Sequence record: MK774614.2
Direction: 5' to 3' (one strand)
DNA length: 64,000 bases
Made by a program: the position numbers and the translations under genes. The notes beneath the pieces were generated by a model, which was not told the DNA's origin, did no database searches, and worked only from the letters and a program-made list of their open reading frames with translations. Shown here in pieces: positions 38,676 through 49,665 of this stretch (position 1 is the first letter of the stretch; each line of letters begins with the position of its first letter).

Positions 38676-39761
38676 ATGTCTATAGAACTTATGCCTAAAA
38701 AAGGAACTGGAAACAGTACCGATGGGATTTATGCAAAAGTAGTGGAACCGATCGAAGAAAGTTTGGATTTCTTTGTTGGTAAAGAGATTAAAGTAAAGAA
38801 AGAAGACGAAGTCGATGGATTTGAATCTTTCTCAGGTCAAGGACAAGTTGCCAGTGATCTGGTAATGAGTTTTGCCCTCGCTCGTCCTACATTGACCCAA
38901 ACTACGTTGGAAATTGATGGAACAGAAAGCTTTGGTGAAAAGGCCAAGTCTGTTTTACGTACATTGGTTCAATTAGCTAAAGATGCCGTTGCTTGGTTAA
39001 TGAGTTTGATCAATAACAAAATTGTTCGTATCGATAATCGGCGATATCGGTTATCCTCTCGGCGTAAACGCCACGGTCTTCATACCAAGGATGTTAAATA
39101 CCCATCCGTGGTAAGACGGCTAATGGCCCCTAATCGAGTCACTGAAGATGGTCAGTGGATCAAAGAGTCTATTGAAGCGGTTAATGATTTTTACATCACT
39201 GCTATGAGTGTGTATAAACAACTGCTTGATCGGATTAAAATTGAACCCAGTACGTTTGATTATTCTCGTGCCATTGATGGTGTCAATAAGCTGTTTGTGT
39301 CTACGTTTAAAATGAGTGCTAATAAAACCGAAGATGACGGGGTTGTGACATTCAATTCCCAAGTGCTTCCCGGTAATCGGTATTTCATCTATAAAGCGTC
39401 GACACCTAGTCGTATTGTTAATGGTGCTATGTACTTTGATAACACCACCATGGAAGTGAAACTCAAAGCCCAAGAGTTTCGTCCCACAAGTTTCACCATT
39501 GACGCTACACTCACGTCGATCGCCAATCTTATTAATACGGTACGGGATAACCAAAAGACGGTGGGAGAACTTCACAGACGCTTTGAAAAGGCAGTGGTTG
39601 CTTTTGTTAACAAAGAAGACGTTAGACTCTCTCCAGAACAACGCACCTATCTGGATTGGTTGATTTCATTGAGCAAGAACCTTAATGCTAAATCCATTAA
39701 CTATGTCACCTCTTCAGTAGACGCCGGTTTAGACTTTTGTCAAGCGGGGATTAATGAATGA
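38676..39761 (+). CDS. Internal head protein paralog
   Basis: DGFES and DGTES motifs then amphipathic helix; VLPGNRY. Confidence 0.7.
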   Translation: MSIELMPKKGTGNSTDGIYAKVVEPIEESLDFFVGKEIKVKKEDEVDGFESFSGQGQVASDLVMSFALARPTLTQTTLEIDGTESFGEKAKSVLRTLVQLAKDAVAWLMSLINNKIVRIDNRRYRLSSRRKRHGLHTKDVKYPSVVRRLMAPNRVTEDGQWIKESIEAVNDFYITAMSVYKQLLDRIKIEPSTFDYSRAIDGVNKLFVSTFKMSANKTEDDGVVTFNSQVLPGNRYFIYKASTPSRIVNGAMYFDNTTMEVKLKAQEFRPTSFTIDATLTSIANLINTVRDNQKTVGELHRRFEKAVVAFVNKEDVRLSPEQRTYLDWLISLSKNLNAKSINYVTSSVDAGLDFCQAGINE

Positions 39762-40288
39762 ACATTAACGTCATCGCCATTAATGAACAAAGTTTAAAAC
39801 ACGCCATCTTAGTTGGGTGTAATGAAGCAAACGAGACGGAATTGCAAGTGGATGTTAATGGCTTGCGTTTTTCCTCTAGTGGAGAAGCACATGTTCTACT
39901 GAGTGACGTAACGAGTACTCGTGGACTATTGGTAAATAAGATCGATATTGCGTCGTTATTCCCATCGTCTCTTGATATCAGTCAGTTTAAACATCCAGAT
40001 AGTTGGGAAAAACAATTACCGTGTGATTCAGACGCGCTACAACGCTCTCTAATCAATTTTGGTTACCAACGTGACAATCCGGTAGTGGAACAAGCTCAAA
40101 GCGCTGTAATCGTTCCACAGAACGTTTGCGAAGAAGTTGCAAAATACTTTCTGTTGTTCTGTCGGGTAGTGGGGTTCTGGGAATTAACACTGGAAGATGT
40201 CTGTTTAGCTTTTGAAGATAACAGACTCAGTATTTCAGTTGTCAGAACCCATCCCATCTTTACCGGCTCCATTGAGATAACCGTATGA
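39758..40288 (+). CDS. Hypothetical protein, probably virion-associated
   Basis: 176-aa ORF translationally coupled (ATGA). Confidence 0.65.
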   Translation: MNINVIAINEQSLKHAILVGCNEANETELQVDVNGLRFSSSGEAHVLLSDVTSTRGLLVNKIDIASLFPSSLDISQFKHPDSWEKQLPCDSDALQRSLINFGYQRDNPVVEQAQSAVIVPQNVCEEVAKYFLLFCRVVGFWELTLEDVCLAFEDNRLSISVVRTHPIFTGSIEITV

Positions 40289-40860
40289 TGAATCAAGATA
40301 AATACCTTTCCCTGAAACAGGGATTGTGTATGTACAACGCAATGGTGCTTAAACACGCCATTGATATTAATGGTCAAGCAGTTGATATAAAACAATTGGC
40401 AGAAAGCCTGATCCAACAGTTAAACAACATCCAGCAAGATTTCAGTATTCCGATCACCCTATTAGAACGATCTATCTGTATTGGTGGGACTGTTGCACTT
40501 GCCGATCACCTAAGGGTCATTTTTCATAAAGTAGAACATGAAACACGTTGCACTTACGGTGTCCAGAAACTACGGGAATTGATTTACGAAAGACCTGTGT
40601 TCGATGATGCGGTAAAACTAATCGAAGAACAACTTCTTTTAGATAAGGAACACATGTTCACCAATCCCAAACAGATCGTGGGTAAAATCATTGAACTGGT
40701 GGAAGAGATATTTGAACGGCTTAAAGCCAGTATCCGGGTGAGCAGTGTTGGTGATCCAAGCGCACTGATCGTAAATTTGTTATTGGTAATTGAACTGGTC
40801 AATGTTCTTCATGTTACCGATTGGTATTTTGATTACGCAAATGGCAACTGGGGTAAATGA
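40285..40860 (+). CDS. Hypothetical protein
   Basis: 191-aa ORF translationally coupled. Confidence 0.65.
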   Translation: MMNQDKYLSLKQGLCMYNAMVLKHAIDINGQAVDIKQLAESLIQQLNNIQQDFSIPITLLERSICIGGTVALADHLRVIFHKVEHETRCTYGVQKLRELIYERPVFDDAVKLIEEQLLLDKEHMFTNPKQIVGKIIELVEEIFERLKASIRVSSVGDPSALIVNLLLVIELVNVLHVTDWYFDYANGNWGK

Positions 40861-41759
40861 AAATGATGGTTGAAACAAACATTTTGGATGACGGGTTAAC
40901 TAACCCCGACTTGGTAGAAGTTGCCTGCGAGGTCCCTGTATCGGATGTTGACGATCAGGTTGACCACATGGTCGCTGTCCTTGATGGTTACGGGTCTATG
41001 TTGACCAAAGAAGAAATTGAATACGCCTCGTTAACAGGTAACGAAGCCTACGCGTACAGTGTTCTTCAACTCCATGGGTTCAGTGGCTCGGAGAGCTGGG
41101 TCGACACCATGAAGCAATCTGCTGAAACCGCATATAAGGCGATCATCGAGACGCTTCGTGCTATCAAAGAGTTTTTCTTTGGGGACGGTAAAAAGGCGGT
41201 CGAGGAAGCTGACAAGAAAGCAGTGGAATCTCTGGAGTCCTTGGCCAAGCTTGATATGAATGCACCCATCAAAGAAGAAAGTAAACTGACTAACCCGTTG
41301 ACTTACTTTAAGAATCCGGGTGAAAGTGTGGAGTTAGAAAATCTTTACGCTAAATACCCAGCCGTTAAAGAAGCCCTGGAAAAAGTGCAAGGTGCAACGT
41401 CTCGTATTGCTAATGCCAAAGCAGTAGGTCAACTGGGCGCTGTTTATCAAGAGATGCGCAAGAAAGCATCAGAAGCCTCTGGGGCGATTACAAAGGCATT
41501 GGAAAGTGCACTTAAGTCGGCAGAAGACGCCGCCAACGAAATGAAAGCCGGACCTAAAGCCCAAGAGGACGCAACCAATGAAATCAAGCAGGCAGCTAAG
41601 GAACAGCAGAAAGAGAACGTGGATACTGCTAAAGAAGAAACCCGTTACTCAAAAGCCCTTGGTAGTTTGCGCAATAAAATAACCACCATGCTCAATGCGA
41701 TTTCCAATAACGCCAATTCCGTTAAAGGGGAAACAAAAGAATCTGAATTTAAGGGGTAA
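40857..41759 (+). CDS. Internal head protein paralog, same subfamily as 19191/21609
   Basis: DQVDHMVAVLDGY...SGSES...RAIKEFFFG aligns with DQMDHVFDTIDGF...GQEG...KAVKDFFFG. Confidence 0.7.
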   Translation: MKMMVETNILDDGLTNPDLVEVACEVPVSDVDDQVDHMVAVLDGYGSMLTKEEIEYASLTGNEAYAYSVLQLHGFSGSESWVDTMKQSAETAYKAIIETLRAIKEFFFGDGKKAVEEADKKAVESLESLAKLDMNAPIKEESKLTNPLTYFKNPGESVELENLYAKYPAVKEALEKVQGATSRIANAKAVGQLGAVYQEMRKKASEASGAITKALESALKSAEDAANEMKAGPKAQEDATNEIKQAAKEQQKENVDTAKEETRYSKALGSLRNKITTMLNAISNNANSVKGETKESEFKG

Positions 41760-41761
41760 CT

Positions 41762-42748
41762 ATGTTAAGTTTTAAAGAACAGGTTATTCGCAATCTCTCT
41801 CCTGGTCAAGAGTTAGTTCGGATTTACGCAAAGAGCCAATTAAAGAGTGCGGTGGAGATTCGTTATGATGGACGGTTGGTTACGCACAGTTTACAGAAAC
41901 TTGACATTGGGTCTCTTTTCTCTAAACCTCCTGTCTTTGAAATAGAAGGTCAAGGAAGTTATGATGATCTTTACCGGATGCTATCTGATCGGTATGGATT
42001 AGGGCTAGTGTCTGGCATTGATTATTATCACGGACAACCGATTTATCCGAGCGAACATCTTCAATACGCTCTGTTGCCGATTATGAGCGATTCTTACGGT
42101 TATTATGGGGAAACACCTGTCTACTTTATCAAACGCGGTTGTAGCGTCAATGGTGAAGGATATGAGCGGGATTTAACTTCATTAGACCAAGAATACCTCT
42201 TTCGAGCGATCAAAGTAAAATCCTTCTTTACGTCAACCGTGTTTTCTGTTGAGAGTAAACTGTTTGTGGATAATCGGTTAACCCAAACAGGGATTGAAGA
42301 GATTGTTAAACAAGCAAGTACCCATTTTGATGATAAACTGATTTCATTGATTCACCAACAGCTTACCGGTGGAACAGTAACTGGATTATTATCAGATGGT
42401 CTTTCTGATGTCATGATCTTTTTGTGTCCTAATGGATTAGAGTTTCTTATTCGATTCAGTTCTTTTGAAGGTGATCTTCCTGATCTTAATTTTATTTCTC
42501 AATCAAGTAGTAATATATTGAGTGACGATCCGCAAGGGTTGCTACTTGGTGAGATGGAAAAGGTATCGGAGAATCCGGGTGAAAGGGAAGGGGAAATCTA
42601 TATAAGCGATTACGAAGTAATCCAGCATAATAGTTCTTTGTCCTTACAAGAAGAAGAAACTCAAGAAGAGAAGAAACCAGAAAAACAATTAACAATAGAC
42701 GAAGTCGAAGAAGAGATTGTCGTTTATTTAGATCCAGAAAGAATGTAA
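41762..42748 (+). CDS. Hypothetical virion protein with acidic tail
   Basis: 328-aa ORF in the late operon. Confidence 0.65.
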   Translation: MLSFKEQVIRNLSPGQELVRIYAKSQLKSAVEIRYDGRLVTHSLQKLDIGSLFSKPPVFEIEGQGSYDDLYRMLSDRYGLGLVSGIDYYHGQPIYPSEHLQYALLPIMSDSYGYYGETPVYFIKRGCSVNGEGYERDLTSLDQEYLFRAIKVKSFFTSTVFSVESKLFVDNRLTQTGIEEIVKQASTHFDDKLISLIHQQLTGGTVTGLLSDGLSDVMIFLCPNGLEFLIRFSSFEGDLPDLNFISQSSSNILSDDPQGLLLGEMEKVSENPGEREGEIYISDYEVIQHNSSLSLQEEETQEEKKPEKQLTIDEVEEEIVVYLDPERM

Positions 42749-42758
42749 CATCAAACTG

Positions 42759-42789
42759 CTTCCCTACCTCCAATTAAGGGGTAGGGAAG
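42759..42789. terminator. Hairpin
   Basis: CTTCCCTACCTC-CAATTAA-GGGGTAGGGAAG, followed by TTTATTTT after 1 nt. Confidence 0.6.
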
Positions 42790-42832
42790 TTTATTTTGGT
42801 CGATGTTATGGATTCTTAATAAAGGGGGTTTT

Positions 42833-44374
42833 ATGTTCAATGTAGACGTTCCCTCCTCAGAAACGTACAAGATTTCATTAAGGCCAGCTGTGTTTAAAAC
42901 ACTGGCTACAATCATCGAATATTTCAATATCTCACAAAACCACAAAATCTTTTTTAATGGAGAAGCTGAAGTAAGTAAATTACTCGGTGGACTCTATAAT
43001 AATCGACGTGGAGATGATATTGCAACAGACGTAGGTTATGATGATAAAATCTTTGTAGAGTTAGAGGAAGATTACTCAGGTTATAACGACGGGTTAGACA
43101 GTGAGTCTCGTGCAACGCCGACTACGCCAAACATGTGGTATGACCCGGTAACAAAATCGAGTTTACGAGCAGTCTTTCAAAATCGTAAATATACTGTTAC
43201 GTTATACAAGTATTTTAAAGATCGAAACACCGCTCAAACGTTTCATCGTAAAATACGTTCTGCAATGTTATCCAGTCATCAAAATAACTTGTTTGATATG
43301 AAAACACACTACCCGATTCCCTGGCGGATATTGGAGTGTTTTAAATCTATCTATGACAAACAGGTTAAGGCTGGTGTGATTGTTGAATCTCCCACAATGA
43401 ATTTCATTAAGTGGTTTCGTGCCTTAAGCGAACTCCCCACTGATATCATCAGTAACTTGATTGGGAATAACGACACACTGGTCTTTGTCCAAGAACTAGC
43501 TAACAACGGAATTGACTTTGGTGATGCGTATTTTGCTAAAGTGACCAAAGGTGCATATATTGGAAAATACGAAGTCAGTTGGAACTATTCCTTTTATTGG
43601 AATGATCATGCTAAATGGGAAGTGAAATATCCTATTCAGGTGTATCAGCAACCCATGGAAGATGAGTGGATTCCGGATGTCTTTGAACAAAATCAGAAAG
43701 AGCTTCCTACCAGTCGGTTTATGGAATCCAAATTAGCAGGATTGATTTTCCGGGGTGACCCCAATAGCACCGTTGCGTATCACGCACTTCCCAGACAAGA
43801 TAACTGGCGACCCAATCCCATTAACTGGCTATCTCCCCAGATGCAAGTGTTAATCAATGTGGATGACAGTCCTGAACAAGTGTTGATCAATATTAATCAA
43901 CTCCAAGGCTTCACGTGGAACGGAGATTTTATTAAGTGGATTATCAAGTATAAGGATAAGGTCACTAAACGCGCGTATAATCCGATGAATTTCAAAGTGT
44001 ATTCGGATGACACCGAAGTGTTAGAAACACAAATTGAACTTCGAGAAAACGGTGATCTGGTATTGCTCAGACCCGCTACGATATCCAATATTTATCGGGT
44101 GGTATTCAGTCTTGATTATGCATTAAGGCAATACACTGAACAATGTGTAAACGACATTGTCTCTGATCCTGAGTACGGCCAATGGATTATTAATTTATTA
44201 TTCCCGGGTCTTTACGGCACTATTGATTGGGATAACCCGATTAATTGGTGGGATGATATTCACAACAAAGTTGATAATGGGGACGGAGAAGAGGTAATCT
44301 TCTTTGAGCGAGGGACGATGGGGATGGTGATTTTTGCCCATAACCAATCCCAGCAACCGAAACTTCCCTGGTAA
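42833..44374 (+). CDS. Virion structural protein, probably tail/baseplate
   Basis: ATG 42833 after AAGGGGG; GATGTTATG late-type motif at 42802; synteny with the phiKZ gp98-101 block. Confidence 0.6.
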   Translation: MFNVDVPSSETYKISLRPAVFKTLATIIEYFNISQNHKIFFNGEAEVSKLLGGLYNNRRGDDIATDVGYDDKIFVELEEDYSGYNDGLDSESRATPTTPNMWYDPVTKSSLRAVFQNRKYTVTLYKYFKDRNTAQTFHRKIRSAMLSSHQNNLFDMKTHYPIPWRILECFKSIYDKQVKAGVIVESPTMNFIKWFRALSELPTDIISNLIGNNDTLVFVQELANNGIDFGDAYFAKVTKGAYIGKYEVSWNYSFYWNDHAKWEVKYPIQVYQQPMEDEWIPDVFEQNQKELPTSRFMESKLAGLIFRGDPNSTVAYHALPRQDNWRPNPINWLSPQMQVLINVDDSPEQVLININQLQGFTWNGDFIKWIIKYKDKVTKRAYNPMNFKVYSDDTEVLETQIELRENGDLVLLRPATISNIYRVVFSLDYALRQYTEQCVNDIVSDPEYGQWIINLLFPGLYGTIDWDNPINWWDDIHNKVDNGDGEEVIFFERGTMGMVIFAHNQSQQPKLPW

Positions 44375-44386
44375 AAGGATCGTGTT

Positions 44387-45679
44387 ATGGCACAAACATT
44401 GATTGGGTCTACACCTACCCCTAAAGAGGAGGTGAAGATCTTTGATGAGGGATATAAACATTCGATTGTGCAATCGAGTTATGTTCCTCACACCAGTTTA
44501 CTTTCATTTGTAAGCGGTGAACCCACCTTAGTCGAATGGTATCGTGGTTCTTATGGTGCGGACGAAGAACAACATTCGTTTGAACCGGGGTCTATCGAAA
44601 CGTACTCCTCATATAAACGCATTAATAATCTAATTGTCAAATTAGAAAACACTCGCTCATTTACGTTTGACCCAAGTCGAGCAGAGGTGGGGGATGTGAT
44701 CTCTGGTTATGTCTTGTTTGATTTAACCCCCAGCAAAGGGGATTTGATCATTAAAGACATTGGCGATGGCCGTGCTGGGCTTTATACACTCTTTGAGCAA
44801 CCTGAAATCAGAACTTATAACGCCGACAAGTGTTATGCGTTTGAAGCTAAGTTACTTGGTATTGTAACCCAAGAGATCATGGATAACTTAAACACAAAAG
44901 TTATTCAAGAACTCCACTACCAAAAAGACATGGCGATTGCAGGTGGTAACGCTGTACTGACCACCTCAGATCGAGACCTTAACCGAGATCTCTATGACCT
45001 AAGGCTGGGGATTATTGACGATATATTAGGGAAACATTATTTCAATGATGAAGAAACCATTGTTATCCCTAATGAGAAAAATGACCTTTTATACGATCCG
45101 TATTTGGCCAAGTTTCTAAGTTACACCATTCCAACCAAACTCACCGGAATGCGTAAACCGATTAAACTACTCAACGCAAATTACTATGTTGATAACCGCC
45201 AGATGCAAGAACCGATCACTGTTTGGGATATGTTTCTTCGCGGGGGGTTTAAAACCCCTGAACGATACAAACAAAATTACTTTGAACATTATCGCGGAGA
45301 GATGATTAACACCAAAGCCTATGGTGGTATTTTCTTCTCCAAAATGGATCGGTGTATTGTGATTCATAAAGAGTCTGCTAATCCACAGGCGTATCGGCAA
45401 TCTGGATCGTTGTTTCCCATCGGACCTATCCCACCTATTCCAACCGAAGATGGTCGTCCTTACTCGTATTTCTTCTCTGAGGAATTTTATCAAGGTAAGG
45501 GCACTGATCTTGAACAGTTTGTGTGGAAAGTGTGGCGAGATAAGACTGCCGATAAAGCTGAAATTGTCAAGGTCATCGAAAATTATTGGAACCTAACGGA
45601 TGTCGAAAAACTCTACATGAGCGGTATCTATTTAGGGGCAATTAAAACGGCCTTGGTGACCAACTCCTACTATACTTGA
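44387..45679 (+). CDS. Virion structural protein
   Basis: 430-aa ORF, AAGGA RBS; synteny. Confidence 0.6.
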   Translation: MAQTLIGSTPTPKEEVKIFDEGYKHSIVQSSYVPHTSLLSFVSGEPTLVEWYRGSYGADEEQHSFEPGSIETYSSYKRINNLIVKLENTRSFTFDPSRAEVGDVISGYVLFDLTPSKGDLIIKDIGDGRAGLYTLFEQPEIRTYNADKCYAFEAKLLGIVTQEIMDNLNTKVIQELHYQKDMAIAGGNAVLTTSDRDLNRDLYDLRLGIIDDILGKHYFNDEETIVIPNEKNDLLYDPYLAKFLSYTIPTKLTGMRKPIKLLNANYYVDNRQMQEPITVWDMFLRGGFKTPERYKQNYFEHYRGEMINTKAYGGIFFSKMDRCIVIHKESANPQAYRQSGSLFPIGPIPPIPTEDGRPYSYFFSEEFYQGKGTDLEQFVWKVWRDKTADKAEIVKVIENYWNLTDVEKLYMSGIYLGAIKTALVTNSYYT

Positions 45680-45695
45680 TAGAAGGTACCCATTC

Positions 45696-46358
45696 ATGGA
45701 CGTAGAGCGTTACATGCACCTTAGAGAGCGTCTGGTGACGCTCTATCAGTTCTTGACTACCCGTACATTCCAAATCTACGCACCCCGTAACTATTTCATG
45801 ACGTATGACCAAGTTCGTCGACTAGAAACCATTGATCCCATTAATGGATTGGATAGCTATGCAAAAGTTGTTCAACGACCTGTGACCATTGAGCGACTGT
45901 GCGATGCTTTTGTGAACATGGGGGACGATGCGGGATTTAGTTTCCGTTATCCATCTAAAGACATCAAACCGATGTATGAACACATTCAAGAGTATATTTC
46001 ATCGTGGTGTGAAGTCATGGGAAAATTACCGTGGTTTGAACGCCCCGATATGAAACAATTGGAAACACTCGAGAAGATTGCCAAATATATCTTTGGGTGG
46101 TATCGGGAATATCAGATTCAGGAAGTTAATGAAATCTCTGGGATCCATAACAATAAAGACATGACTTTGCTCGATGCATTGACTTCGACGTGGATGTTTG
46201 GACACGATACGCGAGAAGGTCCTTCCTTTGTTTCTTACTTGGAAGTGTTCCGAGAAGCTGAACAAGGGATTAGACCTGTGCAATACACGCCACCCCGTGC
46301 TGAGCTCTCGATGGAAGACATGTTCTCTGCTGCCAGTCCCTTTGGGTTAGGAGATTAA
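45696..46358 (+). CDS. Conserved hypothetical protein
   Basis: 220-aa ORF in operon. Confidence 0.65.
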   Translation: MDVERYMHLRERLVTLYQFLTTRTFQIYAPRNYFMTYDQVRRLETIDPINGLDSYAKVVQRPVTIERLCDAFVNMGDDAGFSFRYPSKDIKPMYEHIQEYISSWCEVMGKLPWFERPDMKQLETLEKIAKYIFGWYREYQIQEVNEISGIHNNKDMTLLDALTSTWMFGHDTREGPSFVSYLEVFREAEQGIRPVQYTPPRAELSMEDMFSAASPFGLGD

Positions 46359-46361
46359 CGG

Positions 46362-47711
46362 ATGTCCGTAGAAGCGCAAATAGAAGGGTTCCTAAGGCAA
46401 GCACAGTTAACAGATAAGAACCGAATTAAGTTAGCTCAGACGGTTAACCTAAACGCCATTATCATTACTCCTAAAGCTCAACTTAACGTAATTGGGGTAG
46501 AGCACTTCACAGAGATCGCGGATATGATCTCTGGTCGATCTGAACGCATTGGTATAAAACTTAGGTTGCAACCGGGGGTTTATTTTGATCAGATTGTTCC
46601 GTATCGTGATGATTTGTTGATCCAAATTTTTGTTGATACGGATGAACAACGTCTTGTGAGGGAATTTGTCGCCATTCCCATTAATGATCGAGACTTACGC
46701 AGTGAAGGCGGGTTGGCGAGTATAGGGCAGCTAGGTAACTATGATAACGTATCATTAGCGACCTATGAGTTTCAGTTAATGGATAAAGCGTTTGCTAAGT
46801 TAAAAAATGTCCAAGTCAGTGAAAACCTCCTAATGGCAAATCCTGGTGATGTATTGAAGCTTGTTATGGATAAGTACACTAAGAAAGTTGACTTAGGCAG
46901 TGCGACGCCATACAAGGGACTTTATATCCACGAACCCATTGATAACCAAAATAAATACAATCAGGTGATCATCCCAGAAGGAACGAGATTAATCGATGTT
47001 CCTAAATACCTACAGACCCATAATGAGTACGGGATCTATTCAAAAGGGCTGGGGGTATTTTACAAACAAAATTATTGGTGGATTTATCCACTGTATAACA
47101 CGAATCTCGCAGATACCCATCACAGACCTATTGATATCTTAAAAGTTCCCCAAGATAAGATCCCAAGCCTTGAGTACACGTTTTATAAATCGGATGTCTC
47201 GATGTCTATCATTGCAACGGGCGAGGCCATGCACAGTGATGAAGCAGATATTCGTAAACAAAACCAAGGGGTGGGTAAACGAGTAGTAATGGGAACTGCT
47301 GTTGCTGGCAAGACGGGTTATCATTACGAGAATGGTCGAGCGATGATCACACGCGCTGATACATTGCAAGAGTTTAAACTCTCTGATCGTCGTAATGGCG
47401 ATGAGTTTATCCCCATTGATTACAATCCAACTGGGAACTTGTGCGCAGCACTTAGCGAGAATGCAATCAACGAAGGTGAGATTGTTCAGGTTGAATGGCA
47501 TAATGGCGACGTGGGATACCTAGAACCAGGTCATCCGGTTCGCTACCAATATATCGGGGATGATGATAACTTGATTATCAGACGTGGGGTATTGGTAGGA
47601 TATCGTCAAGATTACCTTCCTATTAACAATGGACTTAATCCAGACCTTAAACGAACTTGCGTACTAAGCTTGTTCTTAAAACGACAAGCGAAATATAAAA
47701 CAGAAACATAA
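46362..47711 (+). CDS. Virion structural protein, possible baseplate hub
   Basis: 449-aa beta-rich ORF; YGIYSKGLGVFY...WWIYPLYN; synteny with phiKZ gp101. Confidence 0.55.
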   Translation: MSVEAQIEGFLRQAQLTDKNRIKLAQTVNLNAIIITPKAQLNVIGVEHFTEIADMISGRSERIGIKLRLQPGVYFDQIVPYRDDLLIQIFVDTDEQRLVREFVAIPINDRDLRSEGGLASIGQLGNYDNVSLATYEFQLMDKAFAKLKNVQVSENLLMANPGDVLKLVMDKYTKKVDLGSATPYKGLYIHEPIDNQNKYNQVIIPEGTRLIDVPKYLQTHNEYGIYSKGLGVFYKQNYWWIYPLYNTNLADTHHRPIDILKVPQDKIPSLEYTFYKSDVSMSIIATGEAMHSDEADIRKQNQGVGKRVVMGTAVAGKTGYHYENGRAMITRADTLQEFKLSDRRNGDEFIPIDYNPTGNLCAALSENAINEGEIVQVEWHNGDVGYLEPGHPVRYQYIGDDDNLIIRRGVLVGYRQDYLPINNGLNPDLKRTCVLSLFLKRQAKYKTET

Positions 47712-47719
47712 ACATTAAA

Positions 47720-47753
47720 AGCTACTTCTAGACCATCAGGTCTAGAAGTAGCT
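47720..47753. terminator. 15-bp-stem hairpin between convergent genes
   Basis: AGCTACTTCTAGACC-ATCA-GGTCTAGAAGTAGCT. Confidence 0.7.
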
Positions 47754-47762
47754 AATTATTAT

Positions 47763-48077
47763 TTATTGACAGGAAACACCATGACTGCGATAACAACTTG
47801 TTTGCTGAGTATAAGCATAGCCAGAAACAACGTTTACAAATCGAACACCACCGTTATTAATTTGACTATTTATTACACGGTTATGGTCATTATCTAATAA
47901 AACAGCTATTGTATCTTCCATCCTGCAAGAATCTAGATATACCGATGCGGTTATATTGGAAATGTAGCCAGGTCCAGTTATATCGGTGTTTAGAACTGAC
48001 ACGTGAGTACCTTTATCCAATAACGTGTTAAGCTCATCGGCTGTTAAACGCTCCCCGTTGATTGCCATATCAATCAT
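47763..48077 (-). CDS. Hypothetical protein
   Basis: 104-aa ORF with AGGAG RBS directly after the DnaB-like gene. Confidence 0.65.
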   Translation of the reverse strand: MIDMAINGERLTADELNTLLDKGTHVSVLNTDITGPGYISNITASVYLDSCRMEDTIAVLLDNDHNRVINSQINNGGVRFVNVVSGYAYTQQTSCYRSHGVSCQ

Positions 48078-48088
48078 CTTTAATCTCC

Positions 48089-49624
48089 TTACATCGCGTC
48101 AAAGTCTTCACCACCACCCATTGCCTCGCTGCGGTGACCCAGCGATTTACGGTAAGTGGTCTTCTCTAAATTGATATCGTGTACCCAGCCATTATTCGGA
48201 CACAATGGATAAATGCCAAAACGTTCACTTTCTGCAGCGCCTTCCCCTCGCATCTTACCAACATAGTAAGTTAGCCATGTTTCATTATTTTGAAGTTTAG
48301 CAACATGAATACCAATAACGCAGTCCACCTCGTTCGTTAACTTAGTGCACCCTTCTGTCATCGATTTACCACCCACATCACGGATAAAGTAAATCTCAGA
48401 ATCATCATCCGTTTCACGAATGAATTTCTTCGCATCCGGGTTCAATTGGTGAGGAGTCATCAAAATAGAACCACGAGAACAGAAGAAGTTTCGAGCACGG
48501 CGATAAAGGTCTTGGAGTTTATCAGAACGACTTTCCCCTTGACACCCTTCCAAATCCGCCATGGCCAAATAGTCGTACGCGGTAAAGATGATCTCATGAC
48601 CTTTTAATTCAAGATCCCGAACACGTTGCATGATTTCATAAATGTTATCATGACTTGGGTTGACTCGATAGAAGATAAACTCCCACCCATTTTCTTTAAA
48701 AGTTTCTAGAATGAGGTTTACAACATCATTCGTATTGGCCTCAAAGAAATTGGGTTTAACACCTGTTTTAGCGGTTCCAAAGAGTTCATACATTCGTTTA
48801 AAGATCAAACCAAGCGAATCTTCAGCTGACATTAACAAGACAGTAGGAATACGAGACTTGTCTCTGAGCACGGGTTTATTATAAAGTGGGATGCTGGCGA
48901 TAAAGTGGGCAAGAGAAAATGACTTACCGCGGTTGGTCAATGCTTCGATCATGTACATCAACCCACGGCGTAACCCGTTATCCGGAGCCAGTGCATTATT
49001 TAAACCGACCATCCCCAGTTTGATAATACCCTCTGCGGAAGTTTCAACTTTAAGTTGATTAATTACATCGGCAATGGCTTGGGGATTTGCAGAACCCGCT
49101 TTCTCAACCACCGCTCGATCAAACTGACTTCCCGCATCTTGAATTTTAGCGGCGATCAACTCAGAGAGTTTAATCCAATCCTCTTTACTTAAATCTTCTT
49201 CCCCATCAAACATAAACGGACGAACCATGGATTTAAACTGACTGTTAAATCCAGCTTTATTATCGTAATCGCGCAATTCCTTAATAATTTGAAAGATGAG
49301 CTTTCTGCCGTCATCTTCGGTAATGGTTTCATCAAACGTTTGGGTTAAGGGTTTTTCCAATGTCCCATCTAGTTTAATAATCTCAGCAACCTTGCTGCTG
49401 GCCAAAGATGTTATGATGTTTGAATCCCGAGGTTGTTCTCGGATCCACATCAATAATTTCCGAAGCAGTGCTTCTACTTTCTTGTCTTGTACAACCATGC
49501 TCTCTTTACTCTTGGGAACACTTTCCGAGAGTATCAGCACTTCGTCCATCATGTCCTTGTCTCCAAGTCTCCAGGCTTGGTACATGGCGGTGGCCAATTT
49601 GACAAGGCGAATGAGGTTATTCAT
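48089..49624 (-). CDS. dnaB: DnaB-like replicative helicase (phiKZ gp118-like)
   Basis: GLRRG..MIEALTNRGKS Walker A, SAED, AYDYLAM Walker B, TPHQLN and VGKMRGE motifs. Confidence 0.85.
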   Translation of the reverse strand: MNNLIRLVKLATAMYQAWRLGDKDMMDEVLILSESVPKSKESMVVQDKKVEALLRKLLMWIREQPRDSNIITSLASSKVAEIIKLDGTLEKPLTQTFDETITEDDGRKLIFQIIKELRDYDNKAGFNSQFKSMVRPFMFDGEEDLSKEDWIKLSELIAAKIQDAGSQFDRAVVEKAGSANPQAIADVINQLKVETSAEGIIKLGMVGLNNALAPDNGLRRGLMYMIEALTNRGKSFSLAHFIASIPLYNKPVLRDKSRIPTVLLMSAEDSLGLIFKRMYELFGTAKTGVKPNFFEANTNDVVNLILETFKENGWEFIFYRVNPSHDNIYEIMQRVRDLELKGHEIIFTAYDYLAMADLEGCQGESRSDKLQDLYRRARNFFCSRGSILMTPHQLNPDAKKFIRETDDDSEIYFIRDVGGKSMTEGCTKLTNEVDCVIGIHVAKLQNNETWLTYYVGKMRGEGAAESERFGIYPLCPNNGWVHDINLEKTTYRKSLGHRSEAMGGGEDFDAM

Positions 49625-49665
49625 AGGGTGGCTCCTTAAATTTGAATTCTTGTTAGGTAAACAAT